NCBI GenBank assembly: GCA_964443745.1
Contig: CAYUEN010000006.1
Location: 1,114 to 65,113 of the forward strand
Source of the DNA: an uncultured Campylobacterales bacterium
GTDB taxonomy: Bacteria; Campylobacterota; Campylobacteria; Campylobacterales; QNZT01
Direction: 5' to 3'
Length of the DNA: 64,000 bases
The notes under the pieces: generated by a model
The model's database searches: none
What the model was told of the DNA's origin: nothing
The model's input: only the letters and a program-made list of their open reading frames with translations
Made by a program: the position numbers and the translations under genes
Shown here: positions 29,222 through 39,129 of the stretch, piece by piece
Numbering within the stretch: position 1 is the stretch's first letter
Layout of the letters: each line of letters starts with the position of its first letter

Positions 29222-30841
29222 TTAAGGTAAAATATCTATTCGTGTTTCCAACTCTTCTTCAAAACAAACAATTACCATTTTGGCTTTAGTTGTCTTGTTA
29301 AAACCTTCTGCAAACATAAAATCGTCAATTTGAATTTTTTTTGAACCTTTGAAAGATATTTCTGCAAATTTTGTGAAAATATGTGAATCTTTTATATCTA
29401 TATCACAAATAGCAGGATGAAAATGGAAATAGGCAAAATATTCGTATTGACCTCGACTTGTTCCTGTTATACTATCAGATATCTTTATGAAGTCCTTTTT
29501 AAATTCAAAACTTCGCAAATGGTAGAGACCCAACTTTTTATACCCATCGTGAATCGCCGTTATTTTCATATGCTCTTCTTTCAAAGAAACCACATGTGCC
29601 CTTCGAGCCACACGAAAACTCGACCAAACTTCCGACTGTTCTTCATTTCCAATTTGTACCGTATTATGTGCCCTGGTCGATCTTTCAAAATGACGTACAG
29701 CATCGTCTTCATAAGTAGAGATTCCCGTATCGACAATCACGGGAAATTTTTGAACGAAAAGTTCGAAATTGAACGTATCGCTGTGTGCATGTCCGGGAAT
29801 ATAATCGGGTCCGATATTCCCGACATCAACGAAACACTGATATGTGTCACCGGCATACCTTCGATAACCGGATTCTGAAAGTGGCGATTTCTTTGTATGC
29901 GATATTCCCAACTCTTTTGCATACCTAAAAAGTGCAAAAGAGTTTGGTGCGATCGTTTTGGCCGTATCGTTGAAACGAGGAACCTCCCCGTTTTCATACG
30001 TCATCGTCTCAAGCCAGCCAAGCATCCTTTCGGCTTTCGATTCTAGATATTTCTGTAATTTCGACCTGTCGAAAACATCATTATGTTTTACCAGATTCAG
30101 ACAATCCAATACCCGATAGAGCATCAACTGATGATACATAGGACTCAACTCGAAATGAGCACCATCCGAAAGAATCTGCTCTTCCAATTCCGAATACAAA
30201 ATTTCTGTCGCTTTGTGATACAAAAAAGAGTCTTTGAAATAGTAAGCACCGAACAAGAGTGAAAAACCATTTTCGAGCAAATGATTTCCAAGAAGCTGAT
30301 ATTCGAGATTATCCGCCAAAATATAATATTGGGCATAAAGAGCATCATCGACTTTTCGATCTTCAATTTCGAATTTGACTAGAAATTTAATCCAGTTTAT
30401 CCCCCGAAGCGAAATCGGAAACGGCTCCAGACCATCTTTTATTTTGTGTAAATTTCGTATATAGTGATGAATCAGCTCCAATCCGACTTGACGTGTCATC
30501 TCTTTTTGCATTAAAAAGTCAAAATAGTTCAGATTGTATGTCCACAATTTTCCATTCTTGGAATAATTCCACATTATCTGATCCCGAGGAAATTCCACGG
30601 GTATATTTAAAAATTGAAAATGAATTTTCTTCCCTTCGACTCCAACAGAAGAATACGCAGGAACGCTTTCAGTCAATAGGAGTCGAACACTTTGTGAATC
30701 TTTGGAGAATGGATAGGAAAAACGGGTCATCTTTCTCAATTTTCCCCGCAAAAAATAGTAGAGTCGATATCTAATCTGAATGGGTTTTAGATATCTTATA
30801 GTTGCAAAAAGCCTTTGCAACTTCTCAACTTTCATCGGCAA
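29222..30841 (-). CDS. heparinase II/III-like family protein (polysaccharide lyase or epimerase-like)
   Basis: 539 aa. The N-terminal RYLKPIQIRYRLYYFL and C-terminal PGHAHSDTFNFELF motifs are ones I associate with Hepar_II_III-domain proteins of O-antigen/capsule loci. Confidence 0.6.
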   Translation of the reverse strand: MPMKVEKLQRLFATIRYLKPIQIRYRLYYFLRGKLRKMTRFSYPFSKDSQSVRLLLTESVPAYSSVGVEGKKIHFQFLNIPVEFPRDQIMWNYSKNGKLWTYNLNYFDFLMQKEMTRQVGLELIHHYIRNLHKIKDGLEPFPISLRGINWIKFLVKFEIEDRKVDDALYAQYYILADNLEYQLLGNHLLENGFSLLFGAYYFKDSFLYHKATEILYSELEEQILSDGAHFELSPMYHQLMLYRVLDCLNLVKHNDVFDRSKLQKYLESKAERMLGWLETMTYENGEVPRFNDTAKTIAPNSFALFRYAKELGISHTKKSPLSESGYRRYAGDTYQCFVDVGNIGPDYIPGHAHSDTFNFELFVQKFPVIVDTGISTYEDDAVRHFERSTRAHNTVQIGNEEQSEVWSSFRVARRAHVVSLKEEHMKITAIHDGYKKLGLYHLRSFEFKKDFIKISDSITGTSRGQYEYFAYFHFHPAICDIDIKDSHIFTKFAEISFKGSKKIQIDDFMFAEGFNKTTKAKMVIVCFEEELETRIDILP

Positions 30842-31877
30842 AACCTATCTTTTTCAGAAATTGCCTACTAGCCTTTTGGGAATCGTAATCCTCCCCAGCA
30901 GAATAAGCTTGTTCAGCCATCTGTTCGAAATTTTTTTTATTGAATGCACAAATACCCTTCACTAGAGCATCAAGATTCTTCGACTCTATCAAAAAACCAG
31001 TTCTTCCCTCTTCGACCATCTCCTTTATAGAAGGAAGTAAGGTAGAAAGCACCGGTCTTCCTGCCATAAAAGATTCGATAATGACACCCGGATAACCTTC
31101 ACGATAACTGGGTAATACAAGTACATCATACTGCTGAATGGTCTCGATCACTCTTTTTGGATCGACAAACCCTCTATAACGCAAATTTGGCAAAGAGAAA
31201 TCTTTTTCATGATAATACCGCTCATCTATCTTCCCATAAAGATCGATTTGATACTCTTCACCTACATAACGTGCAGCCTGCATAAGCTCGTCAATACCTT
31301 TTTCTTTGGTAATACTTCCAATAAATATAAATCTTTTTTCATACTCTTTTTTTGAAAATCCTCCTTCGGGACGATGACGGACATTGGGAAACCAGAACGT
31401 ATTGGGATTAAAAGGTTTAAAATACTCCACAAGATATTTCGTTTCAAAAAAAACCGTATCTGCGTGTTTTAGTGCATATCTAGCCAACGCTTTTCTAATA
31501 ATACCAGCTTCTTCATACTCCTTGTGCATCATTCCGGCAAATTTGCGCAAACTGACACTTTTCCCCAATAATTTGGCATAGAAAATGACGAGCGGAGCAA
31601 TCCAGATGAAATGGTTCGTATTTCCATGAAGAGAGATATGGTCGTAAGCTTTCAACTTTCTGAAATAGTTCTTTAAAATAAATAAAAATGTACTTAAAGA
31701 ATTTTTGAAATTATCTGTATTGGAATCGATAACTTCATAAGAAACTCCATATTTATCTAGATCATACAGCAACTGAGCAAACAATACATCGGTACCACCT
31801 GCTCTGGTTTCATCACTCCTACAAAAAAGTGGTCCAATAAAAAGTATTTTTTTGGTTATGGATTTTTGCATCGTCAT
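30825..31877 (-). CDS. glycosyltransferase family 4 (GT-B)
   Basis: EX7E motif REGYPGVIIESFMAGRPVLST. 350 aa. Confidence 0.75.
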   Translation of the reverse strand: MTMQKSITKKILFIGPLFCRSDETRAGGTDVLFAQLLYDLDKYGVSYEVIDSNTDNFKNSLSTFLFILKNYFRKLKAYDHISLHGNTNHFIWIAPLVIFYAKLLGKSVSLRKFAGMMHKEYEEAGIIRKALARYALKHADTVFFETKYLVEYFKPFNPNTFWFPNVRHRPEGGFSKKEYEKRFIFIGSITKEKGIDELMQAARYVGEEYQIDLYGKIDERYYHEKDFSLPNLRYRGFVDPKRVIETIQQYDVLVLPSYREGYPGVIIESFMAGRPVLSTLLPSIKEMVEEGRTGFLIESKNLDALVKGICAFNKKNFEQMAEQAYSAGEDYDSQKASRQFLKKIGFADES

Positions 31878-31903
31878 TGCTCCTGATTAGAAATAGACTT
31901 CTA

Positions 31904-32998
31904 TCAATTTATATCGATTTCATCGAACAGTGTAATAGGTGGTTCTTCATACTCGCAATTTTTCTTTTTTTTCTTATATTCTTCGAGATGGATCAAATAT
32001 TCACCAAGCTTTTCTATATCGTCAAAATGATACAACAGGCCACACCTTTTCTCCTCTATGATCGTTTCAACATAGGGATTCACTCTACTCATAATGACAA
32101 ACGTACCTATATACATAGCCTCCAAGACCACATTTGGCAACCCTTCCCAGCGGGAACTCAATACAAAAGCATCAGCAGCTTGAATATATTTATGGGGGTT
32201 TTGCTGAAATCCCATAAGAAAAACATGTTTATCCAGTCGATAATCGTCGATCAATTTTTGGAGTTTTTCACGATCTTCTCCCTCTCCCAGAATATACAGT
32301 CTTGTTTTGGGAGCCTCTTTAATTACTTTTTCCATGACTTGTATCAATAAATCAAAACCTTTTTGATATGAGAGTCGACCAACAGCAACCAAATTCCGAT
32401 ATTTTGTATCAAATATTTCTACACGTTCTTTAAGGTTTTTTTGAATCGTTTCCTTATCTATTGGATTGATCTGAGTAACTATTTTTTCCCTTTTGATCCC
32501 AAAATGTTTTTCTATTTCTTGAGCCATTTGAGGTGTTTGCGCGACAATTCTATAACTTTTTGGATAGAGTAACGAAATCAATACCTTATCCAACAACTTG
32601 AGTGTTCCATTTGTGATTTGGGCACTGGGTAGATTGGGTTCTCTAATATAAATCTTTATTTTTTTCGAAATAAAGAAAGAAGCCATCAACACCAAAAGAT
32701 TCATACGATTGGTTGTCGAAAAAATTATATGGGGTCGAATTTCCCAAATCTTTTGAATCAAGGCGAAAAGCGCCTCTCTGGTACGTCTCTTGTTTAAAGA
32801 AAAGATTTCGATATCTTTCGGAATAAGATATAAAAGTGTATCGATCGTTTCATCTACCAACAAAAGTGTTATATCGTATTTTTCTCTCTCAAGTCTTTTA
32901 ATAATGTTGATAATGACACGTTCAGCACCACCGCCTCCCAAATTTGGAAGCGTAAAAAGAATTTTTATCTTTTTTGCATCTTTCTTTTTCACTCTCAA
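31904..32998 (-). CDS. glycosyltransferase family 4 (GT-B)
   Basis: N-terminal LPNLGGGGAERV and EX7E motif WEGLPNVVLEAMYIGT. 364 aa. Confidence 0.75.
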   Translation of the reverse strand: MRVKKKDAKKIKILFTLPNLGGGGAERVIINIIKRLEREKYDITLLLVDETIDTLLYLIPKDIEIFSLNKRRTREALFALIQKIWEIRPHIIFSTTNRMNLLVLMASFFISKKIKIYIREPNLPSAQITNGTLKLLDKVLISLLYPKSYRIVAQTPQMAQEIEKHFGIKREKIVTQINPIDKETIQKNLKERVEIFDTKYRNLVAVGRLSYQKGFDLLIQVMEKVIKEAPKTRLYILGEGEDREKLQKLIDDYRLDKHVFLMGFQQNPHKYIQAADAFVLSSRWEGLPNVVLEAMYIGTFVIMSRVNPYVETIIEEKRCGLLYHFDDIEKLGEYLIHLEEYKKKKKNCEYEEPPITLFDEIDIN

Positions 32999-34191
32999 GC
33001 TACCTCATATTCACCCGAAATCTTATGGGAATATCTTTCAATCAAGACAGAAAGCAATATCAAAAAAATCATATAAAGCTTGATACTGTAGGAAACCGTA
33101 CCCATTTCAATAAACAACAAACTAACAATAGAGACAGATAAAATATATCTTTTGTCAGGATCCGTAATTTTTCGAACCCGTCTGACAAAATAGACATAGA
33201 TTGAATAAAATATTATAAAACCAAAAATTCCCAAATTCGCCAATATTTCAGCATAATTGTTATGGGCATATAATTTTGAGGTACTTTGCAACCTAAAAGT
33301 ATCCAATCCCGTCCCTATAAACGGGTGTTCGCTGAAAACCTTCAGAGCCTCCTCGATCAATAGCCTTCTTTCTGTAGTACTACTTCCAGTAACTGGATAT
33401 TTGAGATCCCTTTGAAACTCTTCAAATCTCTTTTCTGTTTCCGTCAAATTTTCGGAAATTTTGGAAAAATCAATTGTCTGAGTTATCGCAATGAACGCCA
33501 CAATCATAACCAATCCCAATCTATACAAACGTTTTTGATTTTTCATTGCTACCAATAGATAGGCTGCGACCAACAAAGGACTGATAATAATCGCTTTTTT
33601 TGAGGCAGTTAACAAAATTACATAATAGGCAAGAAAGATATTGAGATATTGATAATAATAAAAATATTTATTGAGCGTTTTCTCCTGCAATAAATACCAA
33701 ATACTCGAGAAAATAGAAAAAAACATAAAAAGTGCCAACATATTGGGATTTTCTGTCGTACCGAGCGCTCGGCCTCCCGCAAAAAGTGGAAAAAATTCAG
33801 GAATAATATTCAAAAAAAACAGATAATTAACAAACGATCCGATTAAAATTCCATTTAAAAGTGTATCTTCTAAATGAAATCTTTTAAAAAGATTGTAACT
33901 GATCAACAAGAAGAGAGCGATATAATAGAGTTGGAAACTTCTATCCATACTGATGTTGAAATCGATACTCCAAAACACACTTGCAATTGCATATGTAGCA
34001 AATAAAAAATAAGCGATTACAACATAATTCAACTCGATACTGCTGCGTTCATCCGCATAAATCGCATAGAACGTCAAAATCAGCAAAATAAATCCCAAAA
34101 TATGACTGATTTGATAATTATATGCTTGAAATACGATCAAAGATGCAAAATAAAGCGTCGAAATCCAAGTTAACAATTTTGTCAATAACAT
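32995..34191 (-). CDS. wzy: O-antigen/repeat-unit polymerase (Wzy / O-antigen ligase-like)
   Basis: 398-aa, roughly 10-TM protein with a large loop (…SSTTERRLLIEEALKVFSEHPFIGTGLDTF…AHNNYAEILANLG) typical of the Wzy_C family. Confidence 0.6.
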   Translation of the reverse strand: MLLTKLLTWISTLYFASLIVFQAYNYQISHILGFILLILTFYAIYADERSSIELNYVVIAYFLFATYAIASVFWSIDFNISMDRSFQLYYIALFLLISYNLFKRFHLEDTLLNGILIGSFVNYLFFLNIIPEFFPLFAGGRALGTTENPNMLALFMFFSIFSSIWYLLQEKTLNKYFYYYQYLNIFLAYYVILLTASKKAIIISPLLVAAYLLVAMKNQKRLYRLGLVMIVAFIAITQTIDFSKISENLTETEKRFEEFQRDLKYPVTGSSTTERRLLIEEALKVFSEHPFIGTGLDTFRLQSTSKLYAHNNYAEILANLGIFGFIIFYSIYVYFVRRVRKITDPDKRYILSVSIVSLLFIEMGTVSYSIKLYMIFLILLSVLIERYSHKISGEYEVA

Positions 34192-34263
34192 CTTTTCCCT
34201 TCGTTTTTGAGCTTAACCAATTATCGTCAATTTTAAAAAAAATTAAAATTATTTATTTTGTAT

Positions 34264-35625
34264 CTATACTTTCGAAATAGTATAGAGAAATTTACCTGTT
34301 GGAGTTTTTGGAATTTCATCTACAAACTCAAAGATAACCTCGGTATTTTCACCCATGACATGTTGAATTTTAGATTTAATGTCCAAAAGTTCCGACTCCA
34401 AAAGCTCATCACTTTTTACAATTTTGATCACCAGCTTCTCAAGTTCCTCCTGAATTACCTGGAACTGTTTGATATGCCCTTTGTTACAAGTCACACCAAC
34501 AAGATAGACAAAAAATTCCGGCACCAGAATCGAACCTGATTTTGTTTTGATAATATCACTCGAGCGTCCTATGACCTTCTCAAGTTTTGGATAGTTGCAT
34601 CCACAGGAGCATTCAACCTCTTTTGCCATCACTCCAATATCTCCAATCTTATACCGGATTAATGGCATCGAAAAATTTTCCAAAGAAGTAACAAGAATCT
34701 CTCCTTCCTCTCCAGGTTCACACCAAGTGCCCTCTTTGTTCACTACTTCTACAAAAACATGTTCACTCATGATATGAAGTCCGGAATGTGCGCTGCATTC
34801 GGATGCAATCGATCCTATCTCTCTGCTGCCATAATGGTTGAAAACTTTACAACCGAAAACCTCTTCCACCTCTTTTCTCATAAAATCGAAAAGAGTTCCG
34901 GCGGTACTGTGTATAGCATGTTGAGGATGGATCTTGATATTTTTCTCTTTCGCAAATTTAGCCAATTCATATATTGTCTGCGCATACGTGATGATTACAC
35001 AAGGACGTTCACGATCCAAAACATGTAAAAAATCCCGCATCTGTTCTTCCGTCATCGTAAAACTGTTCAGAATTTTGTAATTCATGAGAAATTCGACAAT
35101 ACGATGTTTCAAGGGTTTTTTCCCTTCATATGTATCTCGTTCGGCCCCCCATATTTTTACGACAGAATCGTACAACCCACATCCTCTCCAATTTATTGCG
35201 ATGGCAAAATTGGCAAGATTGTTCACTTGATAATGGCGATCCTGCATAAAAACGGTCGGAACTCCGGTCGATCCTCCCGAACTGTTTTTATAACCACCCC
35301 TTTGACGTATCTCATCTGAATGCAATTTTTCTTGTTGAGAACCTATCAAATCTTTTGTCAAAAAAGGTATTTTTTGCATCTGCGAAAAATCATCGATTCG
35401 AATTCGTCCATCGCGCACAAGATGATGTTTTTCAAAAAGTTCACGATAGTAAGGAACATGATCATAACTGTATTGAAGTGTTCTATTCAACTTATCCAGT
35501 TGTCTGGCATTGATCTCTTCTTTGCTTTGATACGGAAAAGTCTTAATTTTACGATATTGCTTGACGACGTCTCTAAATTTGGTATTCCATACGACATAGT
35601 TCAATATTTTCTGTATTTTCAACAT
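34264..35625 (-). CDS. phenylacetate-CoA ligase/F390-synthetase family adenylate-forming enzyme (CapK-like)
   Basis: 453 aa. AMP-binding P-loop-like motif YKNSSGGSTGVPTVF, with PaaK-family length and architecture. Confidence 0.7.
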   Translation of the reverse strand: MLKIQKILNYVVWNTKFRDVVKQYRKIKTFPYQSKEEINARQLDKLNRTLQYSYDHVPYYRELFEKHHLVRDGRIRIDDFSQMQKIPFLTKDLIGSQQEKLHSDEIRQRGGYKNSSGGSTGVPTVFMQDRHYQVNNLANFAIAINWRGCGLYDSVVKIWGAERDTYEGKKPLKHRIVEFLMNYKILNSFTMTEEQMRDFLHVLDRERPCVIITYAQTIYELAKFAKEKNIKIHPQHAIHSTAGTLFDFMRKEVEEVFGCKVFNHYGSREIGSIASECSAHSGLHIMSEHVFVEVVNKEGTWCEPGEEGEILVTSLENFSMPLIRYKIGDIGVMAKEVECSCGCNYPKLEKVIGRSSDIIKTKSGSILVPEFFVYLVGVTCNKGHIKQFQVIQEELEKLVIKIVKSDELLESELLDIKSKIQHVMGENTEVIFEFVDEIPKTPTGKFLYTISKV

Positions 35626-35629
35626 CTTT

Positions 35630-36607
35630 TCACCTTATACCAAATAGTAGTTTTATATGCCTGAGTCTGGGAATTTTCGGATTTTTTACAAAATACCTCA
35701 CCAACATCTCAAAATTCCACCACTTCTTGTAAATCTTCCAAGTTTTCCGATCCTTGGGTAACCAGCGCGGAACGGAAATTTTTTTGGGAAAAATTTTACG
35801 ATCATCGAAAAAGGCCGTAAAATAGGTGATTTTAAAAGTTTCATCCACTTCTACAATTAACGCCTCTCTATTCATTTTCAGTGGTTCTTTGACAAACTGT
35901 CTACAAAACTTTTTACCATCGTACATAGCCGGTACATCCAAACGTGGAAAAATGAAATTTCCCAATCCGTAAAAGATATATTTACCGCGATATTTTTCTA
36001 CACTTTGAACGACATGGGCATGATGACCGATAATTAAATCAACACCCTGATCTATGAAATTATGAGCCAATTCGATATCTCCCGGCTTTGGATAGTGTAC
36101 TTCTTCCTCTCCCCAGTGCAATACCAATATAATCTTGTCCATTTCGTCTCTGTATCGAGCGATATCCTTAAGAATACGATTTTTCTCGAGAGGTGCACTG
36201 CCGTTTGATTCTTCACTTCCAAAAACAGCATGGGTCGTCGGACAACTGTAACCGAAAATGGCGATTTTTTCTTTTCCTTGTTCTACGACGAATGGATTGT
36301 TGAAATCGTTTTTCTCATTACCAGCACCAAAATAGGCGATTTTTTTCTCTTCAAGATATGCGATGGTCTTCGCAAATCCCTCCTCCCCATAATCCATAAT
36401 GTGGTTGTTTGCCAAATTCACCGCCAACGGCAATTTTCCAAACGTCTCCTCTATAAACGATTTTTCAACACCGAGGTTGATCTTGTTTTTTGCCGGCTCT
36501 CCGGTCGTGCTTAGCGGATATTCAAGATTGACAATATAAGATTCGACCGGAAAGGCCACCTTACAGGCATAGGGCAAATAGAGGTCCCCCATAAATTGCA
36601 ATTTCAT
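35630..36607 (-). CDS. CapA/PGA_cap family metallophosphatase-like protein
   Basis: 325 aa. Motifs QFMGDLYL, NLANNHIMDYG and LIIGHHAHVVQS of the CapA (poly-gamma-glutamate capsule) family. No signal peptide or TM helix is seen. Confidence 0.7.
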   Translation of the reverse strand: MKLQFMGDLYLPYACKVAFPVESYIVNLEYPLSTTGEPAKNKINLGVEKSFIEETFGKLPLAVNLANNHIMDYGEEGFAKTIAYLEEKKIAYFGAGNEKNDFNNPFVVEQGKEKIAIFGYSCPTTHAVFGSEESNGSAPLEKNRILKDIARYRDEMDKIILVLHWGEEEVHYPKPGDIELAHNFIDQGVDLIIGHHAHVVQSVEKYRGKYIFYGLGNFIFPRLDVPAMYDGKKFCRQFVKEPLKMNREALIVEVDETFKITYFTAFFDDRKIFPKKISVPRWLPKDRKTWKIYKKWWNFEMLVRYFVKNPKIPRLRHIKLLFGIR

Positions 36608-37878
36608 TGTTTCTCCTGTGGTTTCAACCTGGCATAAATGATGTATATCGTTATCAGATTGACAGCGACACTACTAACCATAAACATCCAAATAGAGGCG
36701 ATATATGAATCGAATAATGCATATCCGAGATAAATGGATCCAAACCGCAAAAAGACCGAAACGATCTCCAAAACCAACTGAAATTTCTGAATTCCCAAAA
36801 TACTGTAAGTGATAACAGAAGGGGTGTTGATAAAAAGAAAAAGAAACCAGACAATTAAAATTTGGGCGATATGACCCGATTCTATCCACTCTTGACCAAA
36901 AATCCAACCAAAAATCGTTTCTCCAAAAAATAAAACCACAACAAAAGGTATAAAAAATATCTTTACCAGCCCCAGTGTGGTTTTCATATACAAACGAAAA
37001 ATATTTTCTCCGTTGGCATACATTTTGGAAGCACGCTGATAATAGACCTCCCGCGTAGAACCTCCAATCAACGAGACCGGTGCCTGCAATACGCGGACCG
37101 TAAGCGCGTACAATCCCGCTGCAGCGGGAGAGAAGAGCGCGGTCAACATCAATACAGGGATATTTTGGGAGATAGCATTCAAAAACGTCGTAAAGCTTTG
37201 ATATTTTGGAAAATTATCATACTTCTTTGCATTGTAATAGATACGCCTTTTCGAAAAATTTTTTAATTGCAGCGTCTGCTTTTTGATATGATAACTTACA
37301 AAAAGAGATACCGAAACGGTGTCAGCTATGATTTTTCCCGAAATCAACCCATTCCAGTTCAAAAGATAACGGAACATTGTCTGAACAGATGCGATAGTAA
37401 ATGCATTGGTCACTTTGACTGAAGCGATCTTCTTATAGAATTGATGACGACTGGAGTAGGCGGTGAAGATCTGAAAGAGGCCTGTCAATAAAACACCAAC
37501 AGGAATCAGCCATATAATGGAAGAGAGCTCCGGAAAATGTTCTATCAAAGCGGTATGAAAAATCAGAAGAATCATCGTTGTCGCAAGCACCATAGAAATG
37601 GTAATGATCAGTGACAAAAAAACCAGTGCCTGTGCGTCTCGATCACGTTTGGGAAGCATAATCGCCAACTCGTATTTCCAGCTTGCAACAACGCCTAAAA
37701 TAAAAACGATCGACAAAAAGAGTGAGTAGATACCGAACTCTTCGGGCGTATAGAGTCTCGTTAAAACGGGGATGATAGCCAACATCAATACCTGGGCGAT
37801 AATCGTCCCGGACATCAATGTCAAAATCTGGAGAATATAGGTGCTCTTTTTTATCCTCTCAATCAGCTGGCTAAACAT
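36604..37878 (-). CDS. wzx: polysaccharide flippase (Wzx, MOP superfamily)
   Basis: 424-aa, roughly 12-TM protein placed between sugar-nucleotide genes and wzy. Confidence 0.75.
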   Translation of the reverse strand: MFSQLIERIKKSTYILQILTLMSGTIIAQVLMLAIIPVLTRLYTPEEFGIYSLFLSIVFILGVVASWKYELAIMLPKRDRDAQALVFLSLIITISMVLATTMILLIFHTALIEHFPELSSIIWLIPVGVLLTGLFQIFTAYSSRHQFYKKIASVKVTNAFTIASVQTMFRYLLNWNGLISGKIIADTVSVSLFVSYHIKKQTLQLKNFSKRRIYYNAKKYDNFPKYQSFTTFLNAISQNIPVLMLTALFSPAAAGLYALTVRVLQAPVSLIGGSTREVYYQRASKMYANGENIFRLYMKTTLGLVKIFFIPFVVVLFFGETIFGWIFGQEWIESGHIAQILIVWFLFLFINTPSVITYSILGIQKFQLVLEIVSVFLRFGSIYLGYALFDSYIASIWMFMVSSVAVNLITIYIIYARLKPQEKQ

Positions 37879-37883
37879 CTATT

Positions 37884-39128
37884 TTATGCACTTTGCGTCA
37901 ACTGTCCACTACTCTTGTCTGTACGCAGTATCTCCAATTTGCAGAAACTGAGCACACGCTTGTCTTTCGCTATTTCAATCTCTTTGAATTCACTGTGCGC
38001 CACCAAAAAGACAATGATATCCGCCTCTTCGATCGCCTTTTTGTAATCGACGATTTCGAACTCAGAGAACTCTTCGATGTTAGGTTCGACCGCCAAAACC
38101 TCCACCCCTCTTGCAATCAGGCTCCGGGTGATATAAAGAGCCGGGGATTCTCTCAGATCGTCGATATCTGGCTTGAAAGCCAACCCCATACAGGCGACTT
38201 TCGGGCTCTTCCCTTCGATCTTTTCGAACCTCAACACTTCGTTTTCCACCTTTTCGATGACCCACTGGGATTTGTAGTCGTTCACCTCTCTGGCCGTCTT
38301 GATCAGTTTCGCGTCCCCCTGGGCCGCATCGACGATAAACCAGGGATCGACCGCGATACAGTGGCCGCCCACCCCGCATCCCGGCTGAAGGATATTGACT
38401 CTCGGGTGCCTGTTGGCCAGATCGATCAATTCCCACACGTCGATTCCGAATTTATCGCAAAGTATGGAGAGTTCGTTGGCAAAAGCGATATTGACGTCCC
38501 TGAAACTGTTTTCGGTCAATTTCGCCATCTCGGCCGTCTTCGCATCCGTCTCGAGAACCTCTCCCTTGACGAACGTCCGATAAAATTGCGCCGTTTTTCG
38601 CGTCGCCTCTTTGGTCGTTCCGCCGACGATTCTGTCGTTGTGTACGAGTTCATGCATAATTTTGCCAGGAAGCACCCGTTCGGGACAGTGGGCGAAGTGG
38701 AGTTTCGTCGTATCCACCCCCTCTTTTTTAAGTGTCTCTTCCATTTTTTCGGTCGTTCCCACCGGTGAAGTCGACTCGAGAATGATGATATTTCCTTCTT
38801 TTACGTAAGGCGCTATCGACCTGGTCGCGGAGATGACGTAGTCTATATTGGGAACATGATGCTCTTTGAAGGGTGTAGGAACGGCGATGATGAATACATC
38901 CGCCTCGGTCGGCTTGGTATCGGCGACCAATCTGCCGGATTTGACGGCCGATTGTACGAACGTGTCCAGATCGGGTTCCACGATATGGATATGTCCCTCG
39001 TTGATGATATCGACCGTTTTTTGCACCACATCCACACCATGTACCGAAAAACCGCGGTTCGCCAGCAATGAGGCGGTAGGCAGACCGATATATCCCAATC
39101 CTATGACACAAATTTTCTGTATACGCAT
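37884..39128 (-). CDS. wecC: UDP-N-acetyl-D-mannosamine dehydrogenase
   Basis: N-terminal KICVIGLGYIGLPTASLLA, the catalytic region GVGGHCIAVDP, 414 aa, directly downstream of wecB. Confidence 0.85.
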   Translation of the reverse strand: MRIQKICVIGLGYIGLPTASLLANRGFSVHGVDVVQKTVDIINEGHIHIVEPDLDTFVQSAVKSGRLVADTKPTEADVFIIAVPTPFKEHHVPNIDYVISATRSIAPYVKEGNIIILESTSPVGTTEKMEETLKKEGVDTTKLHFAHCPERVLPGKIMHELVHNDRIVGGTTKEATRKTAQFYRTFVKGEVLETDAKTAEMAKLTENSFRDVNIAFANELSILCDKFGIDVWELIDLANRHPRVNILQPGCGVGGHCIAVDPWFIVDAAQGDAKLIKTAREVNDYKSQWVIEKVENEVLRFEKIEGKSPKVACMGLAFKPDIDDLRESPALYITRSLIARGVEVLAVEPNIEEFSEFEIVDYKKAIEEADIIVFLVAHSEFKEIEIAKDKRVLSFCKLEILRTDKSSGQLTQSA

Positions 39129-39129
39129 G

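Noticed and set aside
29086-31972. A8/T8 homopolymers in the polysaccharide locus: 29086-29093, 29335-29342, 30931-30938, 31446-31453 and 31965-31972. These were considered as possible slipped-strand phase-variation sites.
   Set aside because: In roughly 30-35% GC DNA, runs of eight A/T are expected by chance. Several encode Lys/Phe runs near protein termini. The known Campylobacterota contingency loci use poly-G/C. There is no evidence of frameshifted genes.
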